DNA from: Candidatus Micrarchaeia archaeon
GTDB taxonomy: Archaea > Micrarchaeota > Micrarchaeia > Norongarragalinales > CAINOH01
DNA length: 64,000 nt
NCBI GenBank assembly: GCA_041663565.1
Contig: JBAYMJ010000001.1
Location: 1,259 to 65,258 of the forward strand
Reading direction: 5' to 3'
The notes beneath the pieces were generated by a model. The model was not told the origin of the DNA and ran no database searches. It saw only the letters and a program-made list of their open reading frames with translations. Within the stretch, counting starts at the first letter, position 1. The number at the start of each line of letters is the position of its first letter. Position numbers and translations under genes: made by a program. This document shows positions 9,060-17,649 of the stretch, piece after piece.

Positions 9060-10385
9060 CTAGGCAGTCCCTTCCTCTTCTTCCTTCTTCTGCTTTTGCC
9101 ACTTGCGGTACTGCAAAAAGCCGTAGATTGCAAGCACCACTACCACTAGGATGATTGCGTAGTCCATCGAGCCGCTTGTGCTTGAGGAGGCCTTCGGGGT
9201 TGCGGTCGTGCCGCAGCTGGCCATCCCGTCCGCAATCGCGTCGTACTTCTGCTTGGACTGCTGGATTGAAAGGTAGGCCGCCTGGTATTCCGAAGTGAGC
9301 GGCGCGGCCTTCATCTCCATCACCGTGACCACGCCCGTCCATGTCGTGTTGAGCTCGCGCACCTCGGTGCTCACCCCGCACTGGTCGTATGCGGCCTTGC
9401 TTGACTTGTATTCGGAAAACATGTTGGTTATGTCGGCCTGTACTGCCGCGTAGGCCTTCACCGCGTTGGCCTTCGCTATGCGGAACTGGGTGTTCTCCAC
9501 GCTGTCGTTGACCTGGCCGGACTCGAGGCGCTTGAAGTTGTCGTACTCGGGGATTATGCCTTCGCGGTACTGGGTGGAGGAGTAGAACACGTCGGTGCCA
9601 AGGCCGGCCGATGACACTTGCTGAAGAACTGACGTCTCCTCGGAGCCGAGCTTTGCGTACACGTCGCGGTCGGTCAGCTTGTCAAAGAACGCCTCGGCCT
9701 TCTCCGAGAACGTGGCGCACTTCGTGAAGGTGGCGTTGTAGTTTGCCATGTAGTCAAGGTAGCTGTCGACGTCGCCGGTGCTTGAGAAGTAGCTTCCCGA
9801 GCTGCGGGCGTTGTCTATCTCCTGCGACTTGAGGTCGTCGAGGGTGGCAATCATGCCGTCCGAGCCGTCAATCATGTCCACAAGGCCGTCGAAGTAGTCG
9901 GAAAGGGCCGTGTCCGTAGTGCCCGAGAGCGCGTGGTCGCGCACCGAAAGGATGTTCTTTCGCGCGGTCTCAAGGTTCAGCCTCGCAGTCTCGATGCCAG
10001 TCGAAAGGTCGGAGTACGAGAGCTTCCTGGGCTTTATGTAGTTGGTCTCCCAGGCGTACTCGTAATCAAGGGCGTAAATCTTGGAAAGCACGTCGGTGTT
10101 TAATGTTATGGAGCCGTTGCCGGCATCGGCCACGACCACCTTGCCGTAGGAGTGCAGGTAGACGCTGGAGTCGTCCGCCGTCGAGTAATAGTAAAGCACC
10201 CAGTACTTGGCGCTGTCGACCAGGACTGGAGTGGTCGAGGTGTAGGGCGCGAGCTTGAGCGTCTCCGTGGATGTCGAAAGCACGTAAGGCTCGCCGAAGG
10301 CTGTCGCGCGGTCGGTGGTGATTGCGGAGCTGAACGCCGCGAGCACAAGGAACGCCGCAAGGGCAATCGCGTTATATTTTGCCAT
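9060..10385 (-). CDS. secreted, C-terminally membrane-anchored protein (unknown function)
   Basis: N-terminal signal-like MAKYNAIALAAFLVLAAFSSA. C-terminal TM segment YAIILVVVVLAIYGFL followed by a charged tail QYRKWQKQKKEEEEGTA. Ser/Thr/Asp/Tyr-rich ectodomain. Confidence 0.6.
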   Translation of the reverse strand: MAKYNAIALAAFLVLAAFSSAITTDRATAFGEPYVLSTSTETLKLAPYTSTTPVLVDSAKYWVLYYYSTADDSSVYLHSYGKVVVADAGNGSITLNTDVLSKIYALDYEYAWETNYIKPRKLSYSDLSTGIETARLNLETARKNILSVRDHALSGTTDTALSDYFDGLVDMIDGSDGMIATLDDLKSQEIDNARSSGSYFSSTGDVDSYLDYMANYNATFTKCATFSEKAEAFFDKLTDRDVYAKLGSEETSVLQQVSSAGLGTDVFYSSTQYREGIIPEYDNFKRLESGQVNDSVENTQFRIAKANAVKAYAAVQADITNMFSEYKSSKAAYDQCGVSTEVRELNTTWTGVVTVMEMKAAPLTSEYQAAYLSIQQSKQKYDAIADGMASCGTTATPKASSSTSGSMDYAIILVVVVLAIYGFLQYRKWQKQKKEEEEGTA

Positions 10386-10440
10386 GAATACTAAGTATGT
10401 GGCTATGGTTTAAATTAGTTTGACCGAGTGTTTTCCTGCT

Positions 10441-11184
10441 ATGAATCTGCGGTTCGTACTGGTCCGGCCCGAGCACGACATGAACGTCGGCGCGGTGTGC
10501 CGCGCGATGAAGAACTTCGGCTTTGCCGAGCTCTGGCTTGTTGACCCCCAGTGCAAGCTCGGCCTAGAGGCGCGAAAGTACGCCAAGCACTCCGAGGAAG
10601 TCCTATCCGGCGCAAGGAAGGTTGCAAGCCTTGAGGAGGCCATTGCAGGATGCGATGCGGTTGTCGGCACAACAGGCGTGCCCGTGCGTTTCCACGGCAG
10701 GATATTCAAGAACTGCATTCCTTTGGACAAGCTTTATGAAAAAATCCGGGCTTTCGAGAACGTCGCGATTGTCTTCGGGCCGGAGGGAACCGGGCTTTCG
10801 GAGCAGGACACCGACCTGTGCGACATCGTCATCACCATACCGACTGCCCCGGCGCACCGCGTGCTCAACCTGTCCCACGCGGTATGCACCTGCGCATACC
10901 AGCTCTTCCTGGACTCGTGCAGGGACAGGAAGTCCAAGGACGGGATTGAATACAGGCGCGCGTCCGAACACAAGGTCGTGATGCTTGAGAGGCTCTTTGC
11001 CGAGGCCTTGAAGTCCTCGCCTACTGTGCGGGACAAGAAGAAGGTGGCAAAGGCGTTCCAGCGCCTGGTCAAGCGCTCGCTTCCTTCCGAGGAAGAGGTG
11101 TCCACCCTGCTTTGCGCATTGGATTCATTTAACTCTGCCGAGAAATATAGGTCATTGAAGGAAAAAAGAAGCGCGGACAAATAA
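10441..11184 (+). CDS. SpoU/TrmH-class RNA 2'-O-methyltransferase (TrmJ-like)
   Basis: MNLRFVLVRPEHDMNVGAVCRAMKNFG..., then IVFGPEGTGLS and LNLSHAVCTCAYQL, a SPOUT-fold motif set resembling TrmJ. Start at the ATG at 10441. Confidence 0.75.
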   Translation: MNLRFVLVRPEHDMNVGAVCRAMKNFGFAELWLVDPQCKLGLEARKYAKHSEEVLSGARKVASLEEAIAGCDAVVGTTGVPVRFHGRIFKNCIPLDKLYEKIRAFENVAIVFGPEGTGLSEQDTDLCDIVITIPTAPAHRVLNLSHAVCTCAYQLFLDSCRDRKSKDGIEYRRASEHKVVMLERLFAEALKSSPTVRDKKKVAKAFQRLVKRSLPSEEEVSTLLCALDSFNSAEKYRSLKEKRSADK

Positions 11185-11213
11185 GCAGGCAAAACCAAAG
11201 GAACGAAAACACC

Positions 11214-11957
11214 ATGGACAAACAACAGAAAATCATCACAGTATGCGCAATCGCGCTGGTATTCGCCTACTTCTTGCTCCACCCTCCGAACGTCTCACCG
11301 GACGACTTCGAGAAGGCCATAAGGGCCTCCGGCCCGATGGGGCCGGCCCTGGTTGTCGCAAGCCAGGTGCTTGCCTCGGTGTTCTCGCCGATTCCCAACA
11401 GCCTGCTCACGCTTGCATCCGGACGGGTCTACGGGGGCTTTTACGGCGGGCTCTACGCATACATTGGTGGCCTGCTTGGCGCCGCTGCCACGTTCTGGAT
11501 TGGACGGCAGCTTGGCCGCGACTTTGTCGCGCGCTTCGTGCACCAGAACGACCTTGACTCGGTGGACGGCTTCATCGCAAAGTACGGCGTGTGGGCGATC
11601 ATCGGAGGAAGGCTGCTGCCGTTCATGTCATTCGATGCCATAAGCTACGCAGCAGGGATGACCTCGATGGACTTTGGCGCGTTCATGCTCGCGTCGGTAT
11701 TCGGCACCGCGCCCGGAATCTTTGCCTACGCGTACCTGGGCGAGTACTCGCGCGAGCTTGACTTTGCGACAATAGCGATATTGGCGGTCGCGGCCATCGT
11801 GCTCTTTGCAGTTGCCTCGAAGATGTACGAGTGGCACAAGGGCAGGAAGATGAAAAGCTCCGGAAATGAAAAAAGGAAAACTACGGCGAAAAATGAACAA
11901 AAAAACAGGCAGGCAAAAAAGGATACGGCCACAAGACACCCAAGGCGCACAAAATGA
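11214..11957 (+). CDS. TVP38/TMEM64 (DedA superfamily, VTT domain) membrane protein
   Basis: Multi-TM protein. FSPIPNSLLTLASGRVYG, GAAATFWIGRQLGRDFV and RLLPFMSFDAISYAAGMT are typical of the VTT/SNARE-associated domain. Confidence 0.8.
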   Translation: MDKQQKIITVCAIALVFAYFLLHPPNVSPDDFEKAIRASGPMGPALVVASQVLASVFSPIPNSLLTLASGRVYGGFYGGLYAYIGGLLGAAATFWIGRQLGRDFVARFVHQNDLDSVDGFIAKYGVWAIIGGRLLPFMSFDAISYAAGMTSMDFGAFMLASVFGTAPGIFAYAYLGEYSRELDFATIAILAVAAIVLFAVASKMYEWHKGRKMKSSGNEKRKTTAKNEQKNRQAKKDTATRHPRRTK

Positions 11958-12772
11958 CCAAAGTCATATTTAATGGAAAGCTGGTTGACCAGTCCGAGGC
12001 ACTCATACCGGCAAACAACAAGGCCAACTTCTTCGGCTACGGCGTGTACGAGTCCTTGCGCGTGTTCCGCACAAAGCCATTCTACGTTGACTGGCACCTC
12101 GCAAGGCTTGCGGCATCAGCCAAGGCCATTGGCATGGAACTGCCCTACACTTCATCCGAACTCCTGCAGATGCTTGAGTCGGTGATTGCCGAAAACAAGA
12201 TTACCGATGCGCTCGTCCGAATCGTGTACTACGGGAAGACCGAAAAGGAGGACGGCATACTCGTCATGTTCCCGATGGGCTACCACTTCTACGCCGACAA
12301 GAACTACAAGAAGGGAATGGCCGCGGTCACGCACGTCTGGGACCGCATACTGCCGCCCTCGAAGACCCTGAGCCTGCTTGGCGGGTTCCTCGGACTGCGC
12401 AAGGCTACGCAGAACGGCTGCGTCGAGGCATTGCTCATCAACTACAAGGGATTCGTGACCGAAGGCACCCGAAGCAACCTGTTCATCGTGGACGCTTCGG
12501 GACAGCTTGTCACCGCGCCGAAGGCCTCGGTGCTTGAGGGAATCACGCGCAAGATAATCTGCGAGAAGCTCTCCGAAAAAATAATCGAGCGCAACATCAC
12601 CCCGCAGGAGCTCTATTCCGCAAAAGAAGTCTTCATCACAAGCACGGGAATGAGCGTCATGCCAATCGTGTCTGTTGACGGCAAGAAAATCGGCGACGGC
12701 ACGGTAGGCCCGGCCACCAAGAGGGTTGCGAAGGAATACGACGAGCACCTGAAAGAATACTGTGGAAAATGA
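11954..12772 (+). CDS. class IV (fold type IV) aminotransferase (IlvE / D-amino-acid aminotransferase / aminodeoxychorismate lyase-like)
   Basis: 272 aa. N-terminus FNGKLVDQSEALIPANNKANFFGYGVYESLRVF and C-terminal EVFITSTGMSVMPIVSVDGKKIGDG match the family pattern. The ATG overlaps the previous stop (ATGA). Confidence 0.8.
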   Translation: MTKVIFNGKLVDQSEALIPANNKANFFGYGVYESLRVFRTKPFYVDWHLARLAASAKAIGMELPYTSSELLQMLESVIAENKITDALVRIVYYGKTEKEDGILVMFPMGYHFYADKNYKKGMAAVTHVWDRILPPSKTLSLLGGFLGLRKATQNGCVEALLINYKGFVTEGTRSNLFIVDASGQLVTAPKASVLEGITRKIICEKLSEKIIERNITPQELYSAKEVFITSTGMSVMPIVSVDGKKIGDGTVGPATKRVAKEYDEHLKEYCGK

Positions 12773-13248
12773 AATGGGAAGCAACCGATTTGATGGCCTA
12801 CACTCAAGCTCGAAAGCCATTTAAGCCGCGTCTGGAAAATACTCTTATGGCGAACGGATTCGCGTACCCAAGCGTTGAACAGGTTGAAGAGTTCAATATC
12901 TTGACGCTTGCAGTAATCCGGGCAAAGAAGGCGGATGCCCATAATACCCTTAGCGGGTCAAAAATATTGGAAGCCATAAGGGAATGCATGGACGCAAAAG
13001 GCGATGTTCACCAAAAAGCCGCGGCATTGATGGCCGCTTTGGTAAAAAAGCACCCTTTCGCAAGCGGCAACCGAAGAACCGCATTTATCGCGGCAAAGTC
13101 GTTCACATTGGCAAACGGGGGGCATTTTCGCATCCCGGACGAGCCTGCGAATGCGAAAGTAATGCGCGGGATAAGGGAAAACTTTTATACGCAGGAAGAG
13201 ATTTGCGAGTGGATAAAAAATGGAAAAATCAGGGAATTCACGCGTTAG
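12769..13248 (+). CDS. Fic/Doc family protein (death-on-curing-like toxin)
   Basis: HPFASGNRRTAF matches the Fic/Doc core motif HxFx(D/E)GN(G/K)R, with Ser in place of the acidic residue. Size is Doc-like. The ATG overlaps the aminotransferase stop (ATGA). An internal start at 12847 is possible. Confidence 0.75.
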   Translation: MKWEATDLMAYTQARKPFKPRLENTLMANGFAYPSVEQVEEFNILTLAVIRAKKADAHNTLSGSKILEAIRECMDAKGDVHQKAAALMAALVKKHPFASGNRRTAFIAAKSFTLANGGHFRIPDEPANAKVMRGIRENFYTQEEICEWIKNGKIREFTR

Positions 13249-13493
13249 GCTGAAGATAGTCTCGGAAGAGGTCGAAAACTTCCTCAAGCTTATCGAAGGC
13301 CATAGGAAGCTGCTGTTCGCAATCGGCGAGCTCTGACTGCCAAAGGCTATAACCCCAACCAGCCCGTTTTTTGCCTTTACGAGTCCGACTTAGAAGGGCT
13401 ATTAAACCATTTTGTTCAAGATAATATCTCTGTCCAAAAAAGCCGCTTCCTGACAAGAAGCACTTACGGATAAACTTCGGCTTTTACACTAAT

Positions 13494-13566
13494 GCTCTGA
13501 TAGTGTAGTGGACCAGCATACGGGATTGTCGATCCTGTGACCCGGGTTCGAATCCCGGTCAGGGCG
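13494..13566 (+). tRNA. tRNA-Asp (anticodon GUC)
   Basis: Folded by hand. Acceptor stem GCTCTGA/TCAGGGC; D arm GTGT-AGTGGACCA-GCAT; anticodon stem CGGGA/TCCTG with loop TTGTCGA (GTC); T arm CCGGG-TTCGAAT-CCCGG; discriminator G. No encoded CCA and no intron. Confidence 0.9.
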
Positions 13567-13586
13567 CTTCTTTTTCTTTACAAAAT

Positions 13587-13620
13587 TTATCACACATTTA
13601 ACGGCAATAATGTGTGATAA
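13587..13620. repeat. perfect 12-bp inverted repeat (TTATCACACATT / AATGTGTGATAA) with a 10-nt spacer
   Basis: Read directly from the sequence. AT-rich palindrome sitting between the 3' end of tRNA-Asp and the 3' end of the convergent DUF1801 gene. Could be a bidirectional terminator hairpin or a protein-binding site. Confidence 0.6.
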
Positions 13621-13650
13621 CCGGCGCGCCCTTCAAAAGAGTGTAGTCAC

Positions 13651-14058
13651 CTAACGGCAACCCATACCGCGAAAACAGGCGTCCAGACCGCACCTAGTCT
13701 TGCGGCCAAGTCGTTTCGGCGGGCAGGAGCACTTCGATTTTTTCGCAATCTTAAGCAGAGAACCGGCGTGCTTCTTCTCTATGTCGCCGACTGAAAAGAA
13801 CTCCACGTGCCGCATCGTCTTTCCTTTGCCCGTAAAAAGCGCAAGCTCGTCCTTTGAGAGGCCTTCGACTGAGACGCCAAGATTGACGTGGTCTTTGAGG
13901 GAAACGATGTAAAGCCTTCCCTCATACCACGGCACGCCCATATTCATCTCTTCCTTTATGCCGGGAAAAGTCTTCAGGACTAGTTTCCTCAATCCCGCAC
14001 AAACCTCCTTCTGGGGCGACCTCTGCTTTTTGATGTACGCGTCCACGCCGTTGTCCAT
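13651..14058 (-). CDS. DUF1801 (YdhG-like) domain protein
   Basis: MDNGVDAYIKKQRSPQKEVCAGLRKLVLKTFPGIKEEMNMGVPWYEG... resembles the DUF1801 pattern (from memory). Has a Cys/Arg-rich C-terminal tail. Confidence 0.65.
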   Translation of the reverse strand: MDNGVDAYIKKQRSPQKEVCAGLRKLVLKTFPGIKEEMNMGVPWYEGRLYIVSLKDHVNLGVSVEGLSKDELALFTGKGKTMRHVEFFSVGDIEKKHAGSLLKIAKKSKCSCPPKRLGRKTRCGLDACFRGMGCR

Positions 14059-14114
14059 AAATGCAATTCACCAACCGGACTTAAAGACCCTCGTCTCCGT
14101 CCAACGGCGGCAGT

Positions 14115-15086
14115 TCACTTTATCTCTCCCACAAGCTCCTCAAGCAGGTCCTCCAAGGTGACCACGCCAGCAAACTCGCCCTTGTCGTCAACTACGACCG
14201 CGATGTTCCTGCCCAGCGACTGGAGCGTTGCGAATGCATCATGCAGCTTGTCGGCGGTTCGAAGTGTGACCGGCTTGACTGACGCCTGTCCGACAGTCCA
14301 CTCGGGGTGCTCGTAGGATGCGCGGCCGAGGGTCTTGACCCCGACAACCCCGACGACCTTCTTCTGGCCGTCAAGCACTGGCAGCCGCGAGTACGGGCCG
14401 GATACGACCTTTCGGTGAGCATCGGTCACCGGCATGTCCGATGGCAGGGACACCACGTTGGACTTCGGGGTCATGGCCTTCGAGACCGGCCGGTCATTGA
14501 ACTCAAGGACGTTCTCTATGAGCTCGCGCTCCTTTTCGGATATCCCCTTTTGCTTTGCGCCAAGCTTCACGGCAGAACGCAAATCATCTTCGCTGAACTG
14601 CTCCACTCCAGTAGCCATGGAGTATGCTCCTGGAATGAGGCGGTTGATTGCCTCGAACACCACCACAAGCGGGAAGGATATCCAATAGAACATTTCCATA
14701 ATCGGGGCAAAAAGCAGGGCCATCCTCTCGCCGTAGGTGGATGCCGCGCTTTTCGGCGCGATGTCGCCGAAGGTCAATAGGAGGAAGCTCATCAGCCCCA
14801 CCGCGATGCCGACCCCGGCCTCTCCGAAGAAGGCAGTTGTGATGCTTGTCGCAAGCACGGAGGCGGTCACGTTGGCTATGTTGTTTCCTATAAGGAGGGA
14901 TATGATTACCCTGCGCCGGTTGGCCTTCAGCCGCGCCAGGCTCTCCGAGCCCGGCATCTTCTTTTCAACCAGGGAATACAGCCGCACCGAGGACAGGGAT
15001 AGGAAAGCCACTTCGCTTGCAGCAAAGAAGGCGGACACCGCGATCAGTGCCGCAAGAAGGCAGGCCTCGAAGAGCACGTCGGTCAT
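14115..15086 (-). CDS. CNNM/DUF21 transmembrane domain + CBS pair protein (CorB/hemolysin-family Mg/Co efflux-like)
   Basis: N-terminal 4-TM DUF21 region (FFAASEVAFLSLS, IGNNIANV). Then a CBS-pair region (MTPKSNVVSL...LPVLDGQKKVVGVV...IAVVVDDKGEFAGVVTLEDLLEELVGEI). No CorC_HlyC C-terminal domain. Confidence 0.8.
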   Translation of the reverse strand: MTDVLFEACLLAALIAVSAFFAASEVAFLSLSSVRLYSLVEKKMPGSESLARLKANRRRVIISLLIGNNIANVTASVLATSITTAFFGEAGVGIAVGLMSFLLLTFGDIAPKSAASTYGERMALLFAPIMEMFYWISFPLVVVFEAINRLIPGAYSMATGVEQFSEDDLRSAVKLGAKQKGISEKERELIENVLEFNDRPVSKAMTPKSNVVSLPSDMPVTDAHRKVVSGPYSRLPVLDGQKKVVGVVGVKTLGRASYEHPEWTVGQASVKPVTLRTADKLHDAFATLQSLGRNIAVVVDDKGEFAGVVTLEDLLEELVGEIK

Positions 15087-15190
15087 ACAATAAGTAGGCA
15101 GGGGAGAAATAAATCACCCAATGCCAGCATACTGTGCCCGTTGAAAAAACATCAGACCGACACACTCGTGTGACCTAAGGCGCTTAGGCA

Positions 15191-16165
15191 TTATTCGCCA
15201 GATACAAGGGCAATCTTTTTTTTATCAATAAGTTCTTCTGGACTGAAAATAAGATGAAAATCATGGTGCTCATAGTTCTCTGCAACTATCCCAATAAATA
15301 TAGCAATTTGTTGCGCGTCATTATTTACTGAAGAAAAATTGTAAGTATTATTACGAACTTTAGGATAAAAGAATTTGAATGAATTATTTTGAAGTTTATG
15401 TTCGTTCGATACAATCGCACGTTTAGCACCCATAAACATAGTAGGCATATTAGCTATTTCGATTTGACCGGGTACTTCTGCCCTCAAGAAAGGAAGTTTG
15501 GCGTTGATTGTTCCTATTATCAACGGATATTTCGCACACGTTTTCCCAACATTTGTAATTATTAGTCTGAAAAATATTTGTTCGTAGTTATTTTCTTTAG
15601 ACAATTCTTCATCAAGAAGGATGAATGACTCGATAATAGGCCATTTCTTTTTTTGTTTAACTTCATAAAACTCTAGGGGAGACATGGGTCGATTTGTGCC
15701 GGCGTTGTCTCTCAGGGGATAGTTATTTGATATTTTTCCTGGTGCTTTAATTACGCTATCACTTTCATCCACAGTAATAATATACACACATTTGTTTTGA
15801 GAGATTGAAAGTGCTTTTACTGAAAGTTCCTTATTCAACGTAATCTCTGGAAGTTTCGCTCGAATACCGTTACTAATATCTTCGGCAGTAATATTTTCTG
15901 GAAGCCCAACCCAATCTTCCGGCAAATATTTTGCTGGACCCTTGTCGCCATTTTCTTGAGGTATACCAAGAAAAATTATTCCACCATCAGTATTTGCCAT
16001 TCCTGCTACTTTTTGGGCTAAATAAGCATAATCCGGACTAGACCCATTTGTATTTCTAAATTCGAAAAACAAACCTTCATACTTACCAGGTCTAAGCCAG
16101 CTACTTAGCTGGTCTACGGTAAGGCCTTCGAGATTTAAGTTAAACCGAGTTGTATTGAAGGACAT
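15191..16165 (-). CDS. AlbA_2 / Schlafen-like (divergent AAA_4) domain protein with an unknown C-terminal half
   Basis: EGLFFEFRNTNG...YLAQKVAGMANTDGGIIFLGIPQENGD matches the AlbA_2 pattern (E.EFK ... A(F/M)ANT.GG.(L/I).(I/L)G(V/I)). The C-terminal ~170 aa are unrecognised. Low-GC codon usage. Confidence 0.6.
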   Translation of the reverse strand: MSFNTTRFNLNLEGLTVDQLSSWLRPGKYEGLFFEFRNTNGSSPDYAYLAQKVAGMANTDGGIIFLGIPQENGDKGPAKYLPEDWVGLPENITAEDISNGIRAKLPEITLNKELSVKALSISQNKCVYIITVDESDSVIKAPGKISNNYPLRDNAGTNRPMSPLEFYEVKQKKKWPIIESFILLDEELSKENNYEQIFFRLIITNVGKTCAKYPLIIGTINAKLPFLRAEVPGQIEIANMPTMFMGAKRAIVSNEHKLQNNSFKFFYPKVRNNTYNFSSVNNDAQQIAIFIGIVAENYEHHDFHLIFSPEELIDKKKIALVSGE

Positions 16166-16292
16166 GAAGTTATTTTCTCAATAATACATTTAAAGGGGGA
16201 TTAGTGACAACGTTCAGCGGAAACCTAGTCTAATTTTTCTTAATAAAGGGAACGTGCACTCTCTCAACGATGGAGGTGAGAAAGTGAGCTCA

Positions 16293-16454
16293 ATGAAAGC
16301 GTTTGGTATGATTGGCACTGGCGGTCTTGGAGTACTGTCAGTTGGAATGATAGTGTCAAACGGATTGAAAACGGGCTTGGACTGGATATTCGGACTAGCA
16401 CGGTTGATATTTGTATCCGCAGGCGCAATAGCCCTAATATCAAGGTCAAGGTAA
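16293..16454 (+). CDS. small two-TM membrane protein (hypothetical)
   Basis: MKAFGMIGTGGLGVLSVGMIVSNGLKTGLDWIFGLARLIFVSAGAIALISRSR. GGAGGTGA lies upstream. Located in the AT-rich islet, divergent from the AlbA_2-like gene. Coding status is uncertain. Confidence 0.3.
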   Translation: MKAFGMIGTGGLGVLSVGMIVSNGLKTGLDWIFGLARLIFVSAGAIALISRSR

Positions 16455-16542
16455 ATTAGACGGTAAAAAAAACACCGTAGAGATAGCGGAGCGTGTATCG
16501 GATTCTCCAACTACAATACTTGCTATAGAAATTCGATAGCTA

Positions 16543-17634
16543 TCATACACGCTTCACGCGAGTGTGCAAAAGTTCCTTTGCCTTCGCCCCGCCAATCTCG
16601 CCGAGGAACTCAGAATAGAGTGTCTTGAGCTCGGGGTTTTCGTCCGAAACCTTGAACTTTGCCGAGTCGTCAAGGCCGTAGAGCTTCTTCCTGCGCTTCT
16701 GCAGGAGTTCGGGGGTGGTTGCTGGCTGCCCCGCGCCACCCATGCACCCGCCCTGGCAGGCCATCACTTCGATGAAGTTGTACTTCTCGCGCAGCGCCTT
16801 GTCGGCAAGGATTGGCCCTGCGTTCTTGAGGAAGTGGATTACAAGGATTTTCACCGGGATTCCGCCGAGGTCAAAGGACAATTCGCGGACGTTGTCAAAG
16901 CCCCTGAGCCCTGAAACCACCGGCTCGCCAAGATTGATTCCCTTGATGTGGGCATAGTAGCGCAATGCCGCTTCGGACACGCCTCCGGTTGTTCCGAAGA
17001 TGCGCGCGCCGCCCGAGCCCAAGCCCATCAGGTTGTCGAAGTCACTTTCCTCACAAGAGGACAAGTCAAGTCCCTTTGCCTTCATCAGCTCGGAGATTTC
17101 CTTGGTGGTGATTACGTAGTCAACTGCTGCCTTGCCATCCGGAAGCTTCATATCAGCACGCTTGGCCTCAAGCTTCTTGATGAGACAGGGCATTGCCGCG
17201 ACCGAGTAAATCTTGGAAGCGTCGAGGTTTTTTTTCTGGGCGAAATAAGTCTTGATTAGCGCGCCCATCGCTTCCATCGGGCTCTTGGTGGTGGACATGT
17301 AGTCCATAAAGAGGTCGGGGTGCTTCTGCTCCAAAAAGAGCGCGAACCCGGGGCAACACGAATTAAGAAGCGGGAAGGGGCCGCCGTGCTCTATGCGCTC
17401 GACAAGCTCAGCAGCTTCCTCAAGCACGACCAAGTCAGCTGTGAAGTTGGTGTCAAAGACGTAGTCGAAACCAAGCTTGCGCAAGGCACCTACAAGCTGG
17501 CGGGTCACCTTTTCTGTTGGCGCGTCGTAGTTGAACGGCTCGCCTATTGCCACGCGAACAGCAGGGGCGACCTGGATTACCTTGGTGAGCGTCTTGTCGG
17601 AGAGTGCTTTTTCGAGTTCGGTAAAGTCAACCAT
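16543..17634 (-). CDS. [FeFe]-hydrogenase, H-cluster domain only (no N-terminal ferredoxin-like F-cluster domains)
   Basis: 363 aa with all three H-cluster signatures: L1 NSCCPGF (aa 91-97), L2 MPCLIKKLE (aa 148-156), L3 EVMACQGGCMGGAGQP (aa 289-304). Also has IFGTTGGVSEAALR and a small-subunit-like C-terminal tail. The protein begins right at the H-domain (KVIQVAPAVRVAIGE). Confidence 0.85.
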   Translation of the reverse strand: MVDFTELEKALSDKTLTKVIQVAPAVRVAIGEPFNYDAPTEKVTRQLVGALRKLGFDYVFDTNFTADLVVLEEAAELVERIEHGGPFPLLNSCCPGFALFLEQKHPDLFMDYMSTTKSPMEAMGALIKTYFAQKKNLDASKIYSVAAMPCLIKKLEAKRADMKLPDGKAAVDYVITTKEISELMKAKGLDLSSCEESDFDNLMGLGSGGARIFGTTGGVSEAALRYYAHIKGINLGEPVVSGLRGFDNVRELSFDLGGIPVKILVIHFLKNAGPILADKALREKYNFIEVMACQGGCMGGAGQPATTPELLQKRRKKLYGLDDSAKFKVSDENPELKTLYSEFLGEIGGAKAKELLHTRVKRV

Positions 17635-17649
17635 AGGAAATCACCAGGT

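Larger units (their letters stand above)
15100..16540. other. AT-rich islet, probably horizontally acquired
   Basis: Visibly AT-rich (about one-third GC by eye) against flanks of about 60% GC. Contains only the AlbA_2-like gene and a small divergent membrane ORF. Confidence 0.6.

Noticed and set aside
16214-16510. 98-aa minus-strand ORF in the AT-rich islet
   Set aside because: It is antisense to the small two-TM ORF, has no RBS, and has a proline/isoleucine-rich odd composition. Both are weak, and the membrane ORF is only marginally better.
13494-16540. Integrated mobile element at tRNA-Asp extending to the AT-rich islet
   Set aside because: DUF1801 and the CNNM/CBS gene, which lie in between, have host-like GC. 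No integrase, transposase or duplicated tRNA 3' end was seen by eye, so the islet and the tRNA are treated as separate observations.
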